Assembly: GCA_963769025.1 (NCBI GenBank)
Contig: CAVYKI010000012.1
Span: 352,001 to 416,000 of the forward strand
Direction: 5' to 3'
From: an uncultured Verrucomicrobiae bacterium
GTDB taxonomy: Bacteria; Verrucomicrobiota; Verrucomicrobiia; Chthoniobacterales; Chthoniobacteraceae
Length of the DNA: 64,000 nucleotides
Under the pieces are notes generated by a model. The model was not told where the DNA came from. It made no database searches and worked only from the letters and a program-made list of their open reading frames with translations. The translations under genes and the position numbers were made by a program. How positions within the stretch are numbered: position 1 is the stretch's first letter; each line of letters opens with the position of its first letter. Below are positions 44,963 through 55,311 of the stretch, piece by piece.

Positions 44963-45060
44963 AGGGGGAAACGGGCGTGGCGCCCGGCGGTCCATTTCCA
45001 TCGCTTTCAATTTTGAACTTTGAGCTTTTGCCCTCCCGCCGCTAGCGTCCACGCCCCCTG

Positions 45061-46406
45061 ATGAATTCCCAAACCCCGCTGCTCGGCCTCCGCGGCTGCG
45101 TCATCGACGCGCCGGAATACGGCAAACTGCGGTCGTGGCGGGACGGGGCGGTGGTCATCGCGGAAGGGCGGATCCTCGAGGTGGGCAGCTACCAGTTCAT
45201 CGGCCGGAAGCACCGCCCGCAGCCCATCCACTGGCAGCAGTCCGACCGCGCCGTCATTTTTCCCGGGCTCATCGATCTGCATACGCACCTGCCGCAATAC
45301 CCCGTGGTCGCGCGCGGCCGCGGGCAGCTGCTCGAATGGCTGCACCAGCAGATTTTCCCGAGGGAGCGCGGCTTCACCGGCGCGGTCGCCGACCGCGAGG
45401 CGAAGGCGTTTTTCGGCGAGCTGGCCCGCCACGGCACGACGACCGCGGCGGTCTATACGGCGATTTACGAGGACTCGTGCGACGCGGCATTCCACGCGGC
45501 AGCCGGGTCCGGGCTGCGCGTCATCATGGGCCAGACGATGATGGACGTGGGCACCTACGGGACGCTCCAGGCGCGCAAAATCCTCAGCGTCACGCTGCAG
45601 GAGAGCGAGCGGCTCTGCCGCAAATGGCACGGCGAGGCGGACGGGCTGCTGGAATACGCATTCAGCCCGCGCTTTGCCCTCGCGTGCAGCGAGCGGCTCA
45701 TGCGCGCGGCCGGCGAGATGGCGCGGGAATTCGGCTGCCACATCCAGACGCACCTCGCCGAGAACCGCGAGGAATGCGAACGCGTGCGGCATCTGTTTCC
45801 GAAGTCGGCGGACTACACCGACGTCTATGAAAAGGCCGGCCTGCTCGGGCCGCGGACGATCCTCGGGCACTGCATCCACCTTTCCCCGCGCGAACGCGCC
45901 GCGCATCGCGGAGACCGGCACTTCCATCGCGCATTGCCCGACGGCGAACCTTTACCTCTCCAGCGGAATCATGCCGCTCGGCGAGCATCTGGCGGCGGAC
46001 ATCCGGATCGGCCTCGGCACCGACGTGGCCGCCGGGCCGGAGCTGAACCTCTGGCAGGTGATGCGCAGCGCCATCGAGAGCCAGAAGGCGCGCAGCTTTT
46101 ACGAGCCGGATGTCGCCGTCCCCACGCCCGCGCAGGCCCTGCACCTCGCCACGCAGGGCGCGGCGGAGGCGCTCGGAAAAGGGGGGGTCATCGGCAGCCT
46201 CGAAGTCGGGAAAGGAAGCGGACCTGACCGTGATGGACATCTCCGCGCTGCTCCCCTATGGAGGAGCCGAAACGAAGCTCGAAGACCTCACGCCGGACGA
46301 CATGCTCGCGCTTTGCATCTACCGCGGAGGACCGCATGCCATGCTCGAGACATTCGTCCGCGGTCACAGCGTGTGGCGGGCCGGAGAACACGCGGAACAC
46401 CCATAG
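45061..46406 (+). CDS. guaD: Guanine deaminase / amidohydrolase (frameshifts ~45900 and ~46210)
   Basis: PGLIDLHTHLPQY, FSPRFA, IQTHLAEN, GHCIHL, HCPTAN and GLGTDVAAG. Confidence 0.85.
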
Positions 46407-46412
46407 CACCCC

Positions 46413-47292
46413 ATGCCCGACCCCATCCCGACCCCGACATTCAAGACCCAGACCGGGCCCGATCCGATCGCGTTCGCGCTGGCGGAGGACATCGGCGCCG
46501 GCGACCTCACGTGCGCGTTTTTCGTCGATGCCGCGAGGGAGGGAAGGGCGCGCATTTTTGCAAAGGAGGCGTGCGTGCTCGCCGGGGTCGACACCGCGGT
46601 GCGCGCATTCGCGCTGGTGGATGTCTCGCTCGACATCGGCGCCCTGCGCAAGGACGGCGACGCACTGCAGGCCGGCGACACCGCGTTCGAGATCAGCGGC
46701 CCGCTGCGCAGCATCCTCACGGCGGAACGCACCGCGCTGAATTTCCTCCAGCACCTCAGCGGCGTCGCCACGCTCACGCGGCAATTTGTGGACGCCGTGA
46801 AGCCGCACCGCGCCGGGATCCTCGACACGCGCAAGACCACTCCCGGCCTGCGCGCGCTGGAAAAGGCCGCGGTCCGTCGCGGGCGGCGGCACGAACCACC
46901 GCTTCGGGCTTTTCGACATGGTGATGGTGAAGGACAACCACCTCGCCGCCGCAGGCAAGGCGCCCGGCGAATTGCAGGCGAACGTGAGCCTTTTCCGCCG
47001 CCAGCAGCCCGGCGTCCGCGTCGAACTCGAAGCCGACCGGCTCGACCAGGTGCGCGATTTTCTGAAGCTGGAAGGCGTCGATGTCATCCTGCTCGACAAC
47101 ATGACCACCGCGCAGCTCGCCGAGGCCGTGGCGCTCCGCGGCGACCGCCCGGTAAAGCTCGAGGCGAGCGGCGGCGTGACGCTCGAAACCGTCAACGCCA
47201 TCGCGGCGACCGGCGTGGATTTCATCAGCGTCGGCGCGCTCACCCACTCCGCGCCCGCGGCGGATTTTTCGCTCGAACTCCTCGGGGCATGA
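46413..47292 (+). CDS. nadC: Nicotinate-nucleotide pyrophosphorylase (frameshift ~46880)
   Basis: ALAEDIG, ERTALNFLQ, DTRKTTPGLR, VKDNH, LLDNM, EASGG and ISVGALTH. Confidence 0.93.
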
Positions 47293-47317
47293 ACCGTCCT
47301 CGAACCGGAGGCTCCGC

Positions 47318-48311
47318 GTGCTGACGCTCGACGCACGCCTCCTCCGCGAACTCCGCGGCACCGCGGTGCATCTGCCCGCGGGCGACTTCGCGGACGCGCT
47401 CGGCGTGCCGCGCGGGGAAATCGAGACGGCCCTCGGCAGGCTGCGCGGCGCGGGCTTTGACATCGAGGAAAGGCCCGGCATCGGCTGCCGCCTGCTGGCT
47501 TCACCAGACCGGCTCATCGCCGACGATCTCCTCGCGCGCATCGGAGACTGCCCGATGGCCCGGGAGATTCTCACCTTCGAGGAAACCGCCTCGACGAACG
47601 ACGTCGCCTCGCGCCTCGGCCGCGAAGGCCACGCGGGCGGGCTTGCTCGTCTTCGCCGAACGGCAGACCGCCGGGCGCGGGCGCTTCGGCCGCCGCTGGG
47701 AATCCGCGCCGCACGCCGGGCTGTGGTTTTCGCTGCTGCTGCGGCCCGCGTTCGCCACGCCGCTGTGGGTGCGGCTCACGACATGGGCCGGCGTCTGCGT
47801 TGCCGCCGCGATCGAGCGCGCCACCGGCCTGACTGCGCAGGTGAAATGGCCGAACGACGTGCTCGTCGGCGGCAAAAAGGTCGCCGGCATTCTCACGGAA
47901 TGCTCCAGCGACATGGCGCAAGGCATGTTCGCCGTCGTCGGCATCGGGGTGAATGTGAACCAGGAAGCACTGCCCGCGGAACTCGCCGACCGCGCCGCCT
48001 CGCTCCGCCAGAGCACGGGCCGCACGCTGGACCGGAGCGCGCTCGCCGCGGGGATCGTCACGGAACTCGCCGCACGCATGCCCGCCTTGGAGACCGCCTT
48101 TGACTCCATCCTCGCCGAGGCCGCGCGCCGCAGCTCGATCCTCGGGAAATGGATCCGCCTCGACGCGCCGGCCGCCACCTTCGAGGGCCGCGCCGAGAGC
48201 CTCGATGCAGACGGAAACCTCCTGCTCCGCCTCCCGGACGGCATCCTCCGCACCATGACGGCGGGTGAGGTCACTTCCCAGATGCGAACATCCGTGCCAT
48301 CCGAAGATTAA
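47318..48311 (+). CDS. birA: Bifunctional biotin ligase/repressor (frameshift ~47645)
   Basis: N-terminal HTH-like part, STND, QTAGRGR, KWPND, KVAGIL and GIGVNV. Confidence 0.92.
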
Positions 48312-48367
48312 TTTTACGCGCGCGGAACGAAAGTCCCCGCAGAGCCAGACCGCGCACAGGGGCTGCT

Positions 48368-49129
48368 ATGAACGGCATCCAGCTCAACCCGATGACACTC
48401 GTTTTCTCCGAATTCCAAGACCAACTCGTGCGTGGTCTGGCTCACCGAATGAACAACATCCTTTCCCTGTTCCATGGGTATCTCGGCCTGCTCATGGACG
48501 AGCAGAAGCTCGACCCGGTGATGCAGGATGGGCTCACCCGGATCCGCGCGGGGGCCCGCGAAGCGACGGACCTGATGGAGCGCATCAATGCCATCACCCG
48601 TCCGGCTTCCTCCAATCCCCGCGATACCGACCCCGATGATTTTTTCCGCCAGCTCGCGCCCTCACTCGATCGCCTGCGCACGCCGGAGATCGCGATCGCC
48701 GTGGAATGTCCGCCCACCCTGCCGCACGTGCGGGTCGATTCCTCGCGCCTGAAGCTCGCCATCCTGGAGCTCGTCCGCAACGCGTGCGAGGCGGCGAAGA
48801 CACGCGTCCTCATCCGCGTGTCCGCCAACGACGGCCCCGCACAGCCCGAACTCTTCCCGATCGCCGGCCAACCGCAGGCCGGGCAGTGGCTGAAAATCGA
48901 GATTATCGACGACGGCCGGGGCATCCCGGCGGCAGAAGCAGGGCGGATTTTTGAGCCGTTTTACTCGACCAAGAAAAAGTCCCAGGTCGCCGGGCTCGGG
49001 CTCTCGGTTGCGCTCGGATGCGCGCAGCAATTCGGCGGCACGGTCCAGCATCGCGGCCGCGCGGGCGAGACCACCTTCGAGATCTCGCTGCCGGCACGGA
49101 TGGAGCAGCGCCTCAGCGCGGTGGCCTAG
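48368..49129 (+). CDS. Sensorless histidine kinase (HisKA + HATPase_c)
   Basis: H-box LAHRMNN, N-box ELVRNA, DDGRGI, FEPFYSTK and GLGLS. Confidence 0.88.
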   Translation: MNGIQLNPMTLVFSEFQDQLVRGLAHRMNNILSLFHGYLGLLMDEQKLDPVMQDGLTRIRAGAREATDLMERINAITRPASSNPRDTDPDDFFRQLAPSLDRLRTPEIAIAVECPPTLPHVRVDSSRLKLAILELVRNACEAAKTRVLIRVSANDGPAQPELFPIAGQPQAGQWLKIEIIDDGRGIPAAEAGRIFEPFYSTKKKSQVAGLGLSVALGCAQQFGGTVQHRGRAGETTFEISLPARMEQRLSAVA

Positions 49130-49169
49130 GCGCCTGCGAAAGGCGCGCGGTTCCTTCTTCGGAAGGTGA

Positions 49170-52100
49170 TCAGTTCTTCGAAAGCGTGGGTGCCGCTGCG
49201 CTGGCCGCTTTCTTGGCCGCGTCGTATTGCGCGCGGAGCCGCTCCGCCTCGGCTTTCGCCGCCTGCAGTTCCTTCGCACTGCCGATCGCAGCCTTCTCCG
49301 CCGCGGCCTTCGTCTTCGCGGCATCCTTCTCCAGTTGCGCGATGCGGCCCTTGAGTTCGACGGCCTGCTTCTTCGCGTCCTCGACTTCCTTTTTCGCGGC
49401 GGCGACAGCCTTTTCGGCGGCCGGGAGTTTTCGGGAGGCAAGCTTGGCGTCCACGTCGGCCTTCTTGACCGCTTCGGTCAGTTCCTCCGGCACGGTGTTT
49501 TCAGCAGGCTTCGCAATTTGCTTCGCCTTCGCGGCGCTGAGCGCGTTCTGCGCCTTTTCGATCTCGGCTTTGATGGCCTGGTAGGGCGCATCCGCCTTCG
49601 CAAACTCCGGAGTCCCTTTCACGACCTTATCGCGCTCAAGTTTCAACTTCACCCGCTGCGCCTCGACCGCCTCTACTTTCTTCGCCGCCGCCGCGACTTC
49701 CGCAGCGACCGCATTCATCGCCTCGGCAGTCTTCGCGTCAGGCGGACCCGCCTTGCGATCCGCGACCGCCTTCTCCGCTGCGGCCAGCGCCGCCGCGGCG
49801 GCATCGGCCTCCTGCTTCAGCTTTTGAAATTGCGCCTCTTTTTCCGCAATCACCTTCGGGCCGTCGGCAACGGTCTTCTGCGCGTTCACGATTCCCTGCT
49901 TCGCAAGCTCGACCTGCCGGAATGCGTCCTTCGCCGTGGCGAGAAGGTCGTCGTGCTGCGCCTGCTTGGAAGCGACCGTCTGGCGCGCATTGAATACCGT
50001 CTGGTAAAACTGCGCACGTTTCCACCGGGCGACGCCGCCCTGTGAAGCCGTGAGCCTTCCGTTCGCCGCCTCGAGCGCGGTCTTCGCTGCTGCGACGGCC
50101 TTCTCGGCCTCGGTCGGTTGCGGAGCGGTCAACGCCGCCTTTGCCGCGTTCAGATCCGTCTCGATTTTCGTCGCTTCATCCTTCTTCGCCTGCACAGCCG
50201 TGCTCGCCCTTGCGAATTCCGGCGTGCCGTCCTTGAGCTTCGCGCGCGCCGCGCGGAGCGGCTCGACCTGTGCGTTCGCTGCATCGAACGCCTTCTGCAA
50301 CGTCGCGACCTTCGCCACCGCCTCGGGCGACGGCGTATACTTTCCGGGCTGAAGTTTCGCGATGTCGGCGTCGATCGCCTCCACGGCCTTCTGCGCATCC
50401 GCGATCGCCTTCGGTGCGGCGTTCCTCGAGGTGCTCACGGCGGCGATCGCCTTCTGATGCTGCTGGCGCAAGTCCTCGATCGCCTTCTGCGCGGTGGCGA
50501 CCGCGGCCTTTGCCGCCTCCACCTTTTCGCGGGCCGGCGGGACCGGGGCGGCTTCCACGGCGCGCTTTGCGTCGGCGAGTGCCTTCTCGGCATTTGCGAC
50601 CTGCGGTTCGAATTCCTTCACTGCCTGCTCGGCCTTCGCAAATTCCGGCGTGCCGGCTGCGGCTTTCGTGCGCGCCTCGGTGCGCTTTGCGAGTTCGGCC
50701 TTTGCACGGTCATGCGCCTCTTGCGAAGTCTTCGCCGCGGCCTCTGCATTGGCGCGCTGCCGGGATGCCGCTGCGGTCTCGAGATCCGTCGCCGTCTTGC
50801 GCGTGGCCGCGAGCGCATCCTGCGCCTTCGCAATCTGCGCCTTCAGCGCCTCGGCGGCCTTCTCGGCATTTGCCGGCGCCGCCTTGGCGGCTTCGACGGC
50901 CTGCGCTGCCGCGATCTTGCGCTGCTCCGCGGCGGCAAGGTCCGCCTTTCGCTTCGCCTCGGCAGCCTCGCGTTCGGCCTTCACCCGCGCCTCAGCGTCG
51001 GCCACGGCCTTTTGCAGGCCGGGCAGCGCTGCCTGCGTCTCGGCGAGCGTCTTCTCCGCCTCCGCGAGCTGCTCGGCGATGCCCTGGGGATTCGCACTCA
51101 GGCTGCCGATCTTCTTCCCGTCGATCGCATACACGCGAACGTCGCCCGTCCAATCCGCCGCGATGACGCGGTCGCTGTTCAAGGCGCAGCGCAACGCGAG
51201 ATCCCCGAGCGCCTCGGTGGCGATGATCTGTTTTCCAGCCGCGTCCCAGACCTTCGCGATCTTGTCGCGTCCGCAGCTCACGATGCGGCCGTCGGGCGTG
51301 AAATCCACCCACAGCACGCCGCCGGCGTGCGCGGCCCAGTTCCGGATTTCCGTGCCTTCCTTCACATTCCAAAGCGCGATCTTTCCATCCTCACTCGCAC
51401 TCGCGAGCACGCCGGGCATGAATGCCAGGGCGGTGCAGGCGACCTTGTGGCCGGCCAGCGTGTTGAACGGCTTCGGGTCCGCGCCTGCCTCCCACACTTC
51501 CACGCCGCCATTTCGATCCGCCGTCGCGAGGAATTTCCCATCCGGGCTGTATGCGACAGCCGTGACCCACTCGGTGTGCTTTTTGATCAGCCCCGTCTGC
51601 CGGCCGTCCTTCGTGTTGTAAATTTTCACCTGCTTGTTCGGCCCGCCGAGCGCCACGAACTGCTGGTCCGGGCTGATGTCCGCCGCGAGCACCGCGTCCG
51701 CCTCGTTGCCGACCACGCCGATGCGCTCGCCGGTCGTGACGTCCCACATCACCACCTGGCCGGTCTTCCCGCCGAGCCCGCCGCCGGCGATCAGGAGCTT
51801 CGCGTTGCGCGAAAAGCGCAGCACATTCGGAAAGCCCTCGGGGTAAGAGAGGATGCCGAGCCGCTCGAGCGTCTCCGTGTTGTAAAGGAGCACCTGCTTT
51901 TGTCCGCCGATGGCGACCAGCGGCGCCCAGGGGCTCGCGGCCATCGCGATGATGGCGTTGCTCGTGCGCGAACGCACAAACGGCTCCTGCGGCAAATCGC
52001 CCGGCATCGGTGCGGGACCCTCGGGCTTCGTGAGCGAGACGACGGCGGCCTCCACCTTGTTCGCCGTCACCTGCGCGGGCTTGCTGTTCGCATTCTCCAG

Positions 52101-52460
52101 CGCGAAACCGGCGATCCAGCCCTTCAGCAGCGCCATGTCGGCCTCGGAAAGCGAGTCGCCTTTGGGCGGCATCTTCGGGTCGCCGTCCGGCTTGCAGACC
52201 TTGTAGATCAGACTGCCGTCGGCATTGCCCGGCTTGACGACCGGACCATTTTCGCTGCCCGCCATCGTCGCCTGGTACGTCGTCACGTCGAGACCCGCCT
52301 TCTTCTTGTCGGGGTTATGGCAGGTCGTGCACGCGTTGCGGAAAATCGGGAGGATGTGATCCGTGTAGTTCACCTTCGCCGGAGCCTGCGCGAATGCGGC
52401 AAAGCTCAGGCCGAGGAATGCGGCGACGGTCGTGGCGGATTGGGAGAGATTCGGGGTCAT
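49170..52460 (-). CDS. Planctomycete-type cytochrome c + WD40 repeats + long coiled-coil protein
   Basis: Signal peptide, ILPIFRNACTTCH...MPP, WD40 blades, then an Ala/Lys/Glu-rich coiled coil of ~600 aa. Confidence 0.88.
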   Translation of the reverse strand: MTPNLSQSATTVAAFLGLSFAAFAQAPAKVNYTDHILPIFRNACTTCHNPDKKKAGLDVTTYQATMAGSENGPVVKPGNADGSLIYKVCKPDGDPKMPPKGDSLSEADMALLKGWIAGFALENANSKPAQVTANKVEAAVVSLTKPEGPAPMPGDLPQEPFVRSRTSNAIIAMAASPWAPLVAIGGQKQVLLYNTETLERLGILSYPEGFPNVLRFSRNAKLLIAGGGLGGKTGQVVMWDVTTGERIGVVGNEADAVLAADISPDQQFVALGGPNKQVKIYNTKDGRQTGLIKKHTEWVTAVAYSPDGKFLATADRNGGVEVWEAGADPKPFNTLAGHKVACTALAFMPGVLASASEDGKIALWNVKEGTEIRNWAAHAGGVLWVDFTPDGRIVSCGRDKIAKVWDAAGKQIIATEALGDLALRCALNSDRVIAADWTGDVRVYAIDGKKIGSLSANPQGIAEQLAEAEKTLAETQAALPGLQKAVADAEARVKAEREAAEAKRKADLAAAEQRKIAAAQAVEAAKAAPANAEKAAEALKAQIAKAQDALAATRKTATDLETAAASRQRANAEAAAKTSQEAHDRAKAELAKRTEARTKAAAGTPEFAKAEQAVKEFEPQVANAEKALADAKRAVEAAPVPPAREKVEAAKAAVATAQKAIEDLRQQHQKAIAAVSTSRNAAPKAIADAQKAVEAIDADIAKLQPGKYTPSPEAVAKVATLQKAFDAANAQVEPLRAARAKLKDGTPEFARASTAVQAKKDEATKIETDLNAAKAALTAPQPTEAEKAVAAAKTALEAANGRLTASQGGVARWKRAQFYQTVFNARQTVASKQAQHDDLLATAKDAFRQVELAKQGIVNAQKTVADGPKVIAEKEAQFQKLKQEADAAAAALAAAEKAVADRKAGPPDAKTAEAMNAVAAEVAAAAKKVEAVEAQRVKLKLERDKVVKGTPEFAKADAPYQAIKAEIEKAQNALSAAKAKQIAKPAENTVPEELTEAVKKADVDAKLASRKLPAAEKAVAAAKKEVEDAKKQAVELKGRIAQLEKDAAKTKAAAEKAAIGSAKELQAAKAEAERLRAQYDAAKKAASAAAPTLSKN

Positions 52461-52663
52461 GGTTCGCGGAGAAGGAAAGCGGTGAAGGTGGAGGAAATTA
52501 GACAACGAATTAACACCTACGCTCGCTGATTATCGTTTCGAACATTCTCCTCCCAATCTCAATGGAAATCTGGCGCTCGCACTTCAGTTTGGATTGGCGA
52601 CAACGGTTGGACTAACCCCGCCGGCATCCCTTTCGCGGGGAGCCCAGCATGGCCCCGTTATTT

Positions 52664-53578
52664 TTAGAGTGGCGGCGGGCTGCTGCCGCTCGATCCCCAG
52701 ATGAGTTTCCTTCCGGCCCTCACCACTTCAATTCCAAACTCGAATTGCGATTCGATGGCCAATTCCTTTGCGGCACGGAAAACCTCGTAGCTGTCGGGAT
52801 ACACGTAGAAGGCCAAATACATGTTTTCCGCCTTCATCGCGCGCAAAAGGTCGCGCCAACCGCCCCCATTGGCAGGCAGTTGGAGGCCTCGCTCCGGCAA
52901 CGGCGTGCTTTCCTCCGCATCGGCGCCTGCGCTCCGCCACTGGATGTTCACGCGATCGAGACTACGGGAGGAGGTATAAATTGGGTAGATGCGACCATTT
53001 TGGCAGATGACAGGCAGTGATGAGCGGGTCCGTGCGCGCTCCTTGGGAAAACGGAGCTTCACGGTCTGCGCCTCGCGTTGCTGTTTCACTTGTGCGTTCA
53101 ATGCGGCCTCGCGTCCACGCAGTCGCGCGGTTTCGGCCTCGGTGGCGGCGATGAGGTTGTGCAGTTCCGCTTCGCACCGCGCGAGCGAACGAAGTTCCTC
53201 CGCGAGCGCAGCCCACGCGGCACCACCCCCTGCCGCGATGGCATCCGCGCGCTGCGCCGCATCAGTGGTCGCGGCCACGGCATCGGCCCGTGCAGCGGCG
53301 AGGGCTTCCGCTGCGAGGGCGACCTCGTCAAGCGGCGCAGCGTTGTCCGAAGCCGGCCAGGCCCCGGCTTGTTTGCGGAGGGCCTCGAGTTCGGCTTCGG
53401 CGAGTGCGATGCGCTGGGAATAGAGCGCATGGGAGGCGGGTGCCTCCGGCGACGCGCCGCCGGTGCGGGACAACAGCGCGACAAGCAGGGCGATCAGGAT
53501 GATTCCGCCGAAAGTGTTGCACATCGTGTCGAGCAGGAGCTCGAGACTATCCGCGGGGACGAGTGCGCGCCTTTTCAT
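52664..53578 (-). CDS. ExbD/MotB-like bitopic protein A (N-terminal TM with Asp, coiled coil, C-terminal alpha/beta domain)
   Basis: DSLELLLDTMCNTFGGIILIALLVALL; C-terminal YLAFYVYPDSYEVF..A..FEFG; ATGA overlap with the upstream gene. Confidence 0.7.
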   Translation of the reverse strand: MKRRALVPADSLELLLDTMCNTFGGIILIALLVALLSRTGGASPEAPASHALYSQRIALAEAELEALRKQAGAWPASDNAAPLDEVALAAEALAAARADAVAATTDAAQRADAIAAGGGAAWAALAEELRSLARCEAELHNLIAATEAETARLRGREAALNAQVKQQREAQTVKLRFPKERARTRSSLPVICQNGRIYPIYTSSRSLDRVNIQWRSAGADAEESTPLPERGLQLPANGGGWRDLLRAMKAENMYLAFYVYPDSYEVFRAAKELAIESQFEFGIEVVRAGRKLIWGSSGSSPPPL

Positions 53579-54420
53579 TTTGTGTGAAGTTCGATTTCCG
53601 TCTCCTCGGGGACCAAATCGTAGCCCACCCCGAAGCCTGCACTACGCGCCGCATCCACGTAAGCCTCGAACTCATCCGTCGCGGATGGCTTGCCATAAAA
53701 TACGACGTACTGCTTCTGCGCGCTCAGCCCGCCGAGGGCGGTGCGAAACTCGGCAAGGGTGCTTCCACCTGATTTGTCCTGCGTGTCGAACCGCTGGAGT
53801 GTCCAGCGCCGCGCAGCCAATTGCGCGATGACCGGTTCGCGGTTGGTGGCTGATGGCTCCGGGATGAGACGCAGCACATTCTGCCGCTGCTGTTCTGTGA
53901 GGACGGCGGCCTGCGCCTGTTCCGCTGCGCGTGCGGCGGCTTGCGCTGCCGCGGCGCGCTCTGCGGCAGCGGCTTCCAATTTTTTGATTTCAGCACGGCA
54001 CGGCTCCATGCCTGCGCTGAGCCGGGCAAAAACCTCCGCACGCTGTCCCGCACCAGCGTCGGGACGGATGTCGGCCGTCTCAGCACGGATGCGGGCATTA
54101 CGTCCAGCGAGCGCATTGGCATCGGCGCGCAACCCCGCCGCGCGCGAGGCGAGTTCGGCAGGGGTTGCCTGCCCGCCGCGCACAGCGGCGGCACGCTCAG
54201 CCATGCGACGGGCGGTGGAGAGTTCATCGAGCAAGGCCGCCAGGCGGGCTTCTTGGGCGACGGTTGCGCGCTCTTGCTCAAGCATCGGATTCGCGGAGCC
54301 AAGATTGAGGGACAGCAATAGCGTGACGATGATCAGGATGCCGCTCACAGCCGTAATGATGTCCTGAAAAGCAAAGAAGCTGATCGGCGATCCCGTCTGA
54401 CGCAGTTTCCGGCGGAGCAT
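53575..54420 (-). CDS. ExbD/MotB-like bitopic protein B
   Basis: RRK..ISFFAFQDIITAVSGILIIVTLLL; coiled coil; C-terminal YVVFYGKPS..F..A..GFGVGYD. Confidence 0.7.
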   Translation of the reverse strand: MLRRKLRQTGSPISFFAFQDIITAVSGILIIVTLLLSLNLGSANPMLEQERATVAQEARLAALLDELSTARRMAERAAAVRGGQATPAELASRAAGLRADANALAGRNARIRAETADIRPDAGAGQRAEVFARLSAGMEPCRAEIKKLEAAAAERAAAAQAAARAAEQAQAAVLTEQQRQNVLRLIPEPSATNREPVIAQLAARRWTLQRFDTQDKSGGSTLAEFRTALGGLSAQKQYVVFYGKPSATDEFEAYVDAARSAGFGVGYDLVPEETEIELHTK

Positions 54421-54423
54421 GAC

Positions 54424-55311
54424 TCAGGAGGGATCGCGCAGCCTCAACTTTGAGGCAACGTGCGCGTGGCAGTAGTCGTTGCACCCATCCAGAAACTCGC
54501 TTTCGCGCGCTTGCAGCATCGTCGAACGCAGTTGGATAATCAGTGCGGCGACAAGCGCGATGAGGGTTGTCTCAAACGCCGTGGCCAGACCGGCGGTCAC
54601 GTTGCCGAGCGATTCCTTCACCAGTGAAAAGTCGTTCCCGGCCTGAAGTGTGCCGCTGAACGCCGCGATCGCCTGGCTCAAGCCGAGGACCGTTCCAATG
54701 AAACCGAGCACCGGAATCGCCCAAGTCAGCCCCTGAACGAGTGTGTAGCTCGACGCGACCTGCTCCTCATCGTGCTCGGATTGCGTTTTCAATATCTGCG
54801 CAACGTCGCCGACCTGGCCGATGTTGTGGAGGTTCGAGAGCGCGCGTTCGATCCGGTTCAGCAGGATAAAATGGGACGTGCTGTCCACGAGCGTGTGGAT
54901 GCGGTCGAGCACGATGCGCGCAGTGGTGGGAGTGAGGACAAATTCGGGCTGCTGGGGCAGCGCAGCGACATCGAGCGCCGACATTTGGAGACCCAGCTTG
55001 CGCTTTTTCAAAAACAGGATCGAAAGCGCCCAAAAGAAAAAGAGCATGGTCGGATAAGGGCAGATCCCCCGCTCCAGAAACATGGCGGTAAGCCAGCGCG
55101 CCTGCGGCCATTGCCGGGCGACGAGCACGATCATGCCGTAAAATGCGACCGTCAGCAGCGCGCCGATGAGGAACGCGAGCGTCTTGTTGGCCGTGGTGAA
55201 GCGACCTCCGCGAAAGCCGAGGCGCTGCTCGAAATCGCGGCGCGTCCAGTGCAGTTGAAATCGCTCGGGAGCGAGAGGATTTGCTTCAGCGGTTGAAGGG
55301 TCGGTAGTCAT
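54424..55311 (-). CDS. MotA/TolQ/ExbB proton channel family protein
   Basis: WAIPVLGFIGTVLGL and GLATAFETTLIAL family TM motifs; two further N-terminal TM segments. Confidence 0.9.
   Translation of the reverse strand: MTTDPSTAEANPLAPERFQLHWTRRDFEQRLGFRGGRFTTANKTLAFLIGALLTVAFYGMIVLVARQWPQARWLTAMFLERGICPYPTMLFFFWALSILFLKKRKLGLQMSALDVAALPQQPEFVLTPTTARIVLDRIHTLVDSTSHFILLNRIERALSNLHNIGQVGDVAQILKTQSEHDEEQVASSYTLVQGLTWAIPVLGFIGTVLGLSQAIAAFSGTLQAGNDFSLVKESLGNVTAGLATAFETTLIALVAALIIQLRSTMLQARESEFLDGCNDYCHAHVASKLRLRDPS

Noticed and set aside
25362..48311. Mass pseudogenisation or programmed frameshifting
   Set aside because: Single-base indels hit housekeeping genes (nadC, birA) whose motifs remain intact, and I saw no in-frame stop decay. 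Low-coverage long-read error is the simpler explanation; raw reads would decide.
52664..55311. Canonical Zorya, TonB-ExbBD, Tol-Pal or flagellar stator
   Set aside because: No long ZorA tail, OmpA-like domain, ZorC/D/E, TonB/TolA/TolB/Pal or flagellar genes.
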